41,455 nucleotides of DNA from the NCBI GenBank assembly GCA_036675225.1, contig JAKFFL010000020.1, forward strand, positions 1 to 41,455. The letters are read 5' to 3'. Shown in pieces: positions 36,779-41,455 of the stretch (its first letter is position 1; every line of letters starts with the position of its first letter). Under the pieces are notes generated by a model. It was not told where the DNA came from. It did not search any database and saw only the letters and a list, made by a program, of their open reading frames with translations. This DNA comes from Sphingomonas sp. (GTDB lineage Bacteria; Pseudomonadota; Alphaproteobacteria; Sphingomonadales; Sphingomonadaceae). A program made the position numbers and the translations under genes.

Positions 36779-36821
36779 TGTCCCGCGCCGGAGTCGCTCC
36801 GGCCGCGGTTGGGGGGACGCG

Positions 36822-37841
36822 ATGATGACTGGCATCGCCGATTTATGGGCCACCGCGGCGCCGTTCGGCGCGCGCCCGACGTCGCGCGTACCAGGTCCGC
36901 TGCTGGCTTCCGCCGGGGTGCTGATCGCCATTCTGGTCGCCGGCGCCGCCGCGCGCGGATCAGTTGTCGAACCGGCCGCCGCGCCGGGCCCGGCGCCGGT
37001 GGCCGCGCCGCTCCCTGCTCCGGCTGTCGAGCCAGCCCCGGCCCCGCCAGCTTCGCGGCCCGCCGGGCCGGTCCGCCTGACCGGCCTCGCCGGGATCAAC
37101 CTCAATGCCGCTTTGGCCGAGGCCGGCGTTCCCGACGCCATCGCCCAGGCCTATCTGCGCGCGCTCGCCGGCCGGATCAGACTAGCCGACGGGATCAGCG
37201 TCGCCGACCGCTTCGACCTGGTGATTGCCCCCGATTCCGGCCGCAGCCAAAGCGAACGCCTGCTCTACGCCGGGCTCGACCGGGTCGGCGCCAGCGACGT
37301 CCAGCTGATGCGGTGGAGCGTCGACGGCCAAACCGGCTGGATGGACGCAGCCGGCGTTGAATCCGCCGCCGAGGCGATGCGGATGCCGGTCGCGGCCAGC
37401 GTCAGCTCTTCGTTTGGCATGCGCCGCCACCCGCTGCTTGGGTCGCACCGGTTCCATCGCGGCGTCGACCTGAGGGCCGGCGCCGGCACCCCGATCCGCG
37501 CCTCGGCCGACGGCCGGGTCGTCGCCGCCGGCTGGAACGGCGGCTATGGCCGGCAGGTGACGGTCGATCACGGCGCCGGACTGGCGACCACTTATGCCCA
37601 TATGAGCCGGCTGGCGGCGCGCGCCGGCCAGTCGGTCCACCGCGGCGAAATCATCGGCTTCGTCGGTTCGTCGGGCCTGTCGACCGGCCCGCACTTGCAT
37701 TACGAGGTTTTGAAGAACGGCCGCGCGGTCAATCCGCTGACGGTCCGCTACGTCGGCAACGCCGGCCTCGAGCGCGAGGAGCGGAGCGCGTTCAACGCCC
37801 GCCTGCGGCAATTGCTGTCCTTCACGCCGGGCCGGGCCTAG
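36822..37841 (+). CDS. M23 family metallopeptidase
   Basis: N-terminal hydrophobic anchor, Pro/Ala linker, HRGVD, GYG, YAH, STGPHLHYEV. Confidence 0.92.
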   Translation: MMTGIADLWATAAPFGARPTSRVPGPLLASAGVLIAILVAGAAARGSVVEPAAAPGPAPVAAPLPAPAVEPAPAPPASRPAGPVRLTGLAGINLNAALAEAGVPDAIAQAYLRALAGRIRLADGISVADRFDLVIAPDSGRSQSERLLYAGLDRVGASDVQLMRWSVDGQTGWMDAAGVESAAEAMRMPVAASVSSSFGMRRHPLLGSHRFHRGVDLRAGAGTPIRASADGRVVAAGWNGGYGRQVTVDHGAGLATTYAHMSRLAARAGQSVHRGEIIGFVGSSGLSTGPHLHYEVLKNGRAVNPLTVRYVGNAGLEREERSAFNARLRQLLSFTPGRA

Positions 37842-37875
37842 GCTGCCGCCGGCTTTTCTTCGCGTCGGGGGGTCC

Positions 37876-39288
37876 ATGCGTTGGCGATCGGAGGATGGGG
37901 GGCGCGCGCTTCCCTTCGACCAGTTGATCTTCGTGGCGTTCGTGGTCCTGGTCCCGCTTGCGCTCGGCGCGGCACCGAAGATCTTTGCCGATGGCGACGT
38001 CAGCTGGCATTTGGCGGCGGGCCAGTGGATCCTTTTTCACGGGCGGATTCCCGACTTCGACCCCTTCTCCTTCACCATGGGCGGACAGCCGTGGGTCGCC
38101 TTCGAGTGGCTGGCGCAAATCCTCTACGCGGGCGCCTTCGCGCTCGCCGGCTATCGCGGCCTGGCCGGGCTGGTGATGGCGGCGCTGGTCGCCCTCCACC
38201 TCGCGACGTTCACCTTCCTTGCCCGGCGGGCGGGGCCGCTGGCGATCGTCGCCGGGTTCGCGGCGATGGACATCATCCTCGCCTCCTTCCTGTTCGCCCG
38301 CCCGCATGTCCTGGTCTGGCCGATCCTGGCGGTCTGGACGGCGGTGCTGCTCGATTGCCGCGACAAGGGCCGGGCGCCGCCGCTGTGGCTGGCCTTGCTG
38401 ATGCTCGCCTGGGCCAACCTCCACGGCAGCTTCGTGCTCGGCTTCCTGATCCTCGGCGCGGTCGCGCTGGATGCCCTGGTCGCCGGCCAGTGGCGGCGGC
38501 GCCTCCTGTTCGGCTGGCTCAATTTGGCGCTGGCGGCGCTGGTCCTGGCCTTGCTCAACGCCAACGGCCTGACCGGCTTCCTCCACCCCTTCCGGGTGAT
38601 CGGGTTGGAAAACCTCGCCTTTATCGACGAATGGCAGCCGAGCACGCCACGCTTCACGCCTTTCTTCTTCGTCATCCTGCTCGGCACGCTCGGCGCGCTG
38701 CTGGTCAGGGGCGTCAGGCTGACCATCGGCGAGGCGCTGCTGCTGCTGGTGCTGACCGCCATGGCCCTGACCCAGGTTCGCCACCAGAGCTGGCTGGCGA
38801 TCGTCGCGCTTTTGATCCTCGTCCCCCGTCTGGCGCCGGGCCGGACCGGCGCAGGCGCGCCGACCATCCCGAAGGCGGCGCTCGCCGCGGCGGCGATCCT
38901 CATCGCCTCCTCCTTGCTCCCGCCCCTGCCGGTCGAGAGCCAGGGCAATCCCCGCACCCTGCTCGCCCACATCCCCGCCGGCTTGCGCGATAAGCCGGTG
39001 CTCAACGGCTACAGCTTCGGCGGCCCGTTGATCCTCGCCGGCATCCCGCCCTACATCGATGGCCGGTCGGAAATGTACGGCGATGCCTTCGTCGCCGATT
39101 ATTTCGCGATGATGCGGGGTGACCGCGCCCGCTTCGACCGCGCCGTCACCGACCACGGCATCGCCTGGACGATGCTGCCGCCGGGCACCGGCCTGGTCGC
39201 GGTGCTGGATGCCTCGCCCGGCTGGCGGCGGGTCTATGCCGACCGCATCGGCGTGATCCACGTCCGCCGCGCGATGCCGGCGAGCTGA
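37876..39288 (+). CDS. Polytopic membrane protein, probable GT-C glycosyltransferase
   Basis: Acidic loop after TM1 (DGDVSWH, DPFSFT, FEWL), RPH, WANLHGSF, periplasmic C-domain with IDGRSEMYG; start uncertain. Confidence 0.65.
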   Translation: MRWRSEDGGRALPFDQLIFVAFVVLVPLALGAAPKIFADGDVSWHLAAGQWILFHGRIPDFDPFSFTMGGQPWVAFEWLAQILYAGAFALAGYRGLAGLVMAALVALHLATFTFLARRAGPLAIVAGFAAMDIILASFLFARPHVLVWPILAVWTAVLLDCRDKGRAPPLWLALLMLAWANLHGSFVLGFLILGAVALDALVAGQWRRRLLFGWLNLALAALVLALLNANGLTGFLHPFRVIGLENLAFIDEWQPSTPRFTPFFFVILLGTLGALLVRGVRLTIGEALLLLVLTAMALTQVRHQSWLAIVALLILVPRLAPGRTGAGAPTIPKAALAAAAILIASSLLPPLPVESQGNPRTLLAHIPAGLRDKPVLNGYSFGGPLILAGIPPYIDGRSEMYGDAFVADYFAMMRGDRARFDRAVTDHGIAWTMLPPGTGLVAVLDASPGWRRVYADRIGVIHVRRAMPAS

Positions 39289-39292
39289 GCCC

Positions 39293-40366
39293 ATGGCGCG
39301 GCGCGATCTGCCGAACGCGGCCTGGTTCGTCGCCGCACTGGCCTGCCTCGCCATCGTCGCCGCCGCCTGCGTCACCGTCGTCACCCACCGGCCCCACGTC
39401 GATTATTACAGCTTCTGGAACTCGTCCCGGCTGCTCCTCGCCGGGCGCGTCGACCTGGTCTACGCCCTCCAGCCGAGCGCGCTCGGCCCGCTGATGCCGC
39501 TGGCCTATCCGCCCGCCTTCCTGCTGTTCATCTGGCCGGCGGCGCTCGTCCCGTTCGCGCCCGCGTTCATCGCCTGGGTGCTGGCCACCGGCGCGGCCTA
39601 TGTCGCCGCGTCGCGGGCGCCGAAATGGGTGGCGCTCGGCAATCCCTCGGCGGCGATGAACGGCATGGTCGGCCAGAACGGCTTTTTGACCGGCGCCATC
39701 ATGCTGGCCGGGCTGCACCTGCTCGCCCGCCGGCCGGCGCTGGGCGGCGCCATCCTCGGGCTGATGGTGATCAAGCCGCAGCTTGGCCTGCTGCTGCCGG
39801 TGGCGGTGGTCGCCGGCCGGCTGTGGGCCGCGATCCCGGCCGCCATCGGCTCGGCGGCGGCGCTGCTGGCGGCGGCCTTCCTGGTCTTTGGAGCGGACGC
39901 CTGGCGCGGGTTCCTGGAGGTCGTGCCGCATTATCAGGCGCTGCTCGCCGGCGGCCGCTGGCCGTGGGATCGGCTGGCCAGCATATTTGCCTTCGCCCGC
40001 TGGTTCGGCGCCGGCGAGCCACTGGCCTGGGCGCTGCACATTGGCGTCGCTTTGGCGGCGGCGGGCCTGGCCTGGCAATCGTGGCGCAAGGACTGGGAGT
40101 CGAAAATCCCGATCCTCGCCGCCGGCTCCTTGCTCGTCTCGCCCTATCTGTTCACTTATGACGCGGTGCTGCTGGTCGCGCCTTTGGCCTGGCTGGCGGC
40201 GCGGCGGCCGTGGTGGGCGCTGGGCATCGCTTTGGTCTCGGCCTTGCCTTTGGCCCAGGTCATGCTCGGCCTGCACTGGCTTCCCAACGCGACGCCTTTG
40301 GCGGCGGCTTTGGCATTGGTGTGCCTGGCAATCCTCTCCAACCAACGGGAGCAGCCCGATGCCTGA
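39293..40366 (+). CDS. Glycosyltransferase family 87 (DUF2029)-like membrane protein
   Basis: DYYSFW, YPP.FLL, GQNG, KPQLG, SPYLFTYD motifs. Confidence 0.82.
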   Translation: MARRDLPNAAWFVAALACLAIVAAACVTVVTHRPHVDYYSFWNSSRLLLAGRVDLVYALQPSALGPLMPLAYPPAFLLFIWPAALVPFAPAFIAWVLATGAAYVAASRAPKWVALGNPSAAMNGMVGQNGFLTGAIMLAGLHLLARRPALGGAILGLMVIKPQLGLLLPVAVVAGRLWAAIPAAIGSAAALLAAAFLVFGADAWRGFLEVVPHYQALLAGGRWPWDRLASIFAFARWFGAGEPLAWALHIGVALAAAGLAWQSWRKDWESKIPILAAGSLLVSPYLFTYDAVLLVAPLAWLAARRPWWALGIALVSALPLAQVMLGLHWLPNATPLAAALALVCLAILSNQREQPDA

Positions 40367-41455
40367 CCCGCGCCCGCCCCTCACCGTATCGCCAAGGGTC
40401 ATCGCCCTGGTCATGGCTTTTGCCGGCCTCGTCGCCGCACGAGCCTTACTGCGTATCCCCGAGCCGCCAAGGGGGGACTTCACATTGTTCCTCTATCCCT
40501 GGCTCGACGTCATCCGCGCGCGCGGCTGGGCCAGCATCTCGGGCGAGTTTTCGGCCTATGCCCCGCCCTACATCTATTTGCTCAACCTGGTGCCTACCCT
40601 CGAACAGTCGGTCGGGACGATGGCGGCGGTGAAGCTCCTCAACCTGCCCTTCTACCTCGGCATCGCGGTCGGCGTCGGCGCGATCGTCACCACCGCCACC
40701 GGCAACCGTGATCGCGGCTGGATGGCGGCGGCCGCCACCTTCGTCGTGCCGACCCTGCTGATCAACGCTTTCGCCTGGGGCCAGGCCGACGCCATCTTCA
40801 CCTGCTTCGCGGTCTGGTTCGTCCTGTTCGCGATGCGCGGCCAGGCGGCGCTCGCGGCGCTGATGTTCGGCCTGGCGCTGGCGTTCAAGGCCCAGGCGAT
40901 GTTCCTGTCGCCCTTGCTCCTCTATTTGGTCCTGTCCCGGCAAATGCGCATCCGGGACGCGATGATCGTGCCCTTGGTCTATGCCGCGATGATGCTCCCC
41001 GCCGCGCTGGCGGGCCGGCCGTGGGCCGAGCTGCTGACCATCTATTACGCGCAGGCCCAGTATATGCAGGGCCTCTCGTTCAATGCCCCCAATCCGTGGT
41101 GGTATCTGAAGTTCTCAATTGATTATCGAACCGGCCTGATCATCGGTTTGGTCGCCGGCGCGGTGGTGGGAGCAATCATCGCAATCGGCTCGCTGCGGCA
41201 CAAGGCGGGTCCGCCTTCGATCCTGCTGATCGCCTGCATCAGCGCGGCGGCCATGCCTTATGTGCTGCCGAACATGACCGGGCGCTATTTCTTCGTGGCC
41301 GACATGCTGACCATCGCTTTGGCGTTCGTCCGGCCCAGGCTGTGGCCGGCGGCGGCCCTGATCCAGTTGGGCTCGCTCCTTGCCTATCTGACCTATTTTA
41401 ACGGCGTGGGCATGGCATACGCAGCGTTCTTTCCTACCAGTTTCGGGGTCTCCTT
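40359..41455 (+). CDS. GT-C type membrane glycosyltransferase (mannosyltransferase-like), truncated by window end
   Basis: Translated by hand from ATG 40359 with no stop to the window end: GDFTLFLYPW, YAPPYIYLL, WGQADAIF, FKAQAMF, NAPNPW, MTGRYFF; absent from the ORF track. Confidence 0.8.
   Translation, partial: MPDPRPPLTVSPRVIALVMAFAGLVAARALLRIPEPPRGDFTLFLYPWLDVIRARGWASISGEFSAYAPPYIYLLNLVPTLEQSVGTMAAVKLLNLPFYLGIAVGVGAIVTTATGNRDRGWMAAAATFVVPTLLINAFAWGQADAIFTCFAVWFVLFAMRGQAALAALMFGLALAFKAQAMFLSPLLLYLVLSRQMRIRDAMIVPLVYAAMMLPAALAGRPWAELLTIYYAQAQYMQGLSFNAPNPWWYLKFSIDYRTGLIIGLVAGAVVGAIIAIGSLRHKAGPPSILLIACISAAAMPYVLPNMTGRYFFVADMLTIALAFVRPRLWPAAALIQLGSLLAYLTYFNGVGMAYAAFFPTSFGVS

Noticed and set aside
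37826-37860. Possible terminator after the M23 gene (GC stem then TTTTCTT)
   Set aside because: The stem is interrupted and overlaps the stop codon; too weak to call, though it could attenuate read-through
1-41455. CRISPR arrays, IS elements, integrases, prophage genes, rRNA
   Set aside because: No repeat-spacer periodicity or recognisable motifs seen; the window is nearly fully tiled by assigned genes

Overview
High-GC alphaproteobacterial chromosomal window; the gene content suggests Sphingomonadaceae, which is an inference. 1-9.6 kb is housekeeping: an OmpR-type two-component pair, a polyprenyl synthetase, DUF1801, DUF411, hrpB, a complex I accessory subunit, a metallophosphoesterase and wecB, followed by tRNA-Glu(CTC). 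Directly after the tRNA is a ~24.6 kb low-oxygen/nitrate-respiration block (9739-34361). It holds nnrS, a class II ribonucleotide reductase, moaA, a fused narK1-narK2, narGHJI, a PpiC-type PPIase, four unknown genes, an FNR-type regulator, a beta-barrel porin, a TauE-family permease, mobA, moaDEBC-moeA and hemN. Seven FNR-like boxes sit in front of its transcription units. All seven have a purine instead of T at the outer base of one half-site. The resident FNR has Lys at the recognition-helix position expected to read that base, and it lacks the fourth Fe-S cysteine. The right end carries a NarL/LuxR-type two-component pair and a perfect CtrA box upstream of an M23 peptidase. Three tandem GT-C-like membrane glycosyltransferases follow, the last running off the window and missing from the ORF track. 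All calls come from reading motifs by eye; no database searches were run.
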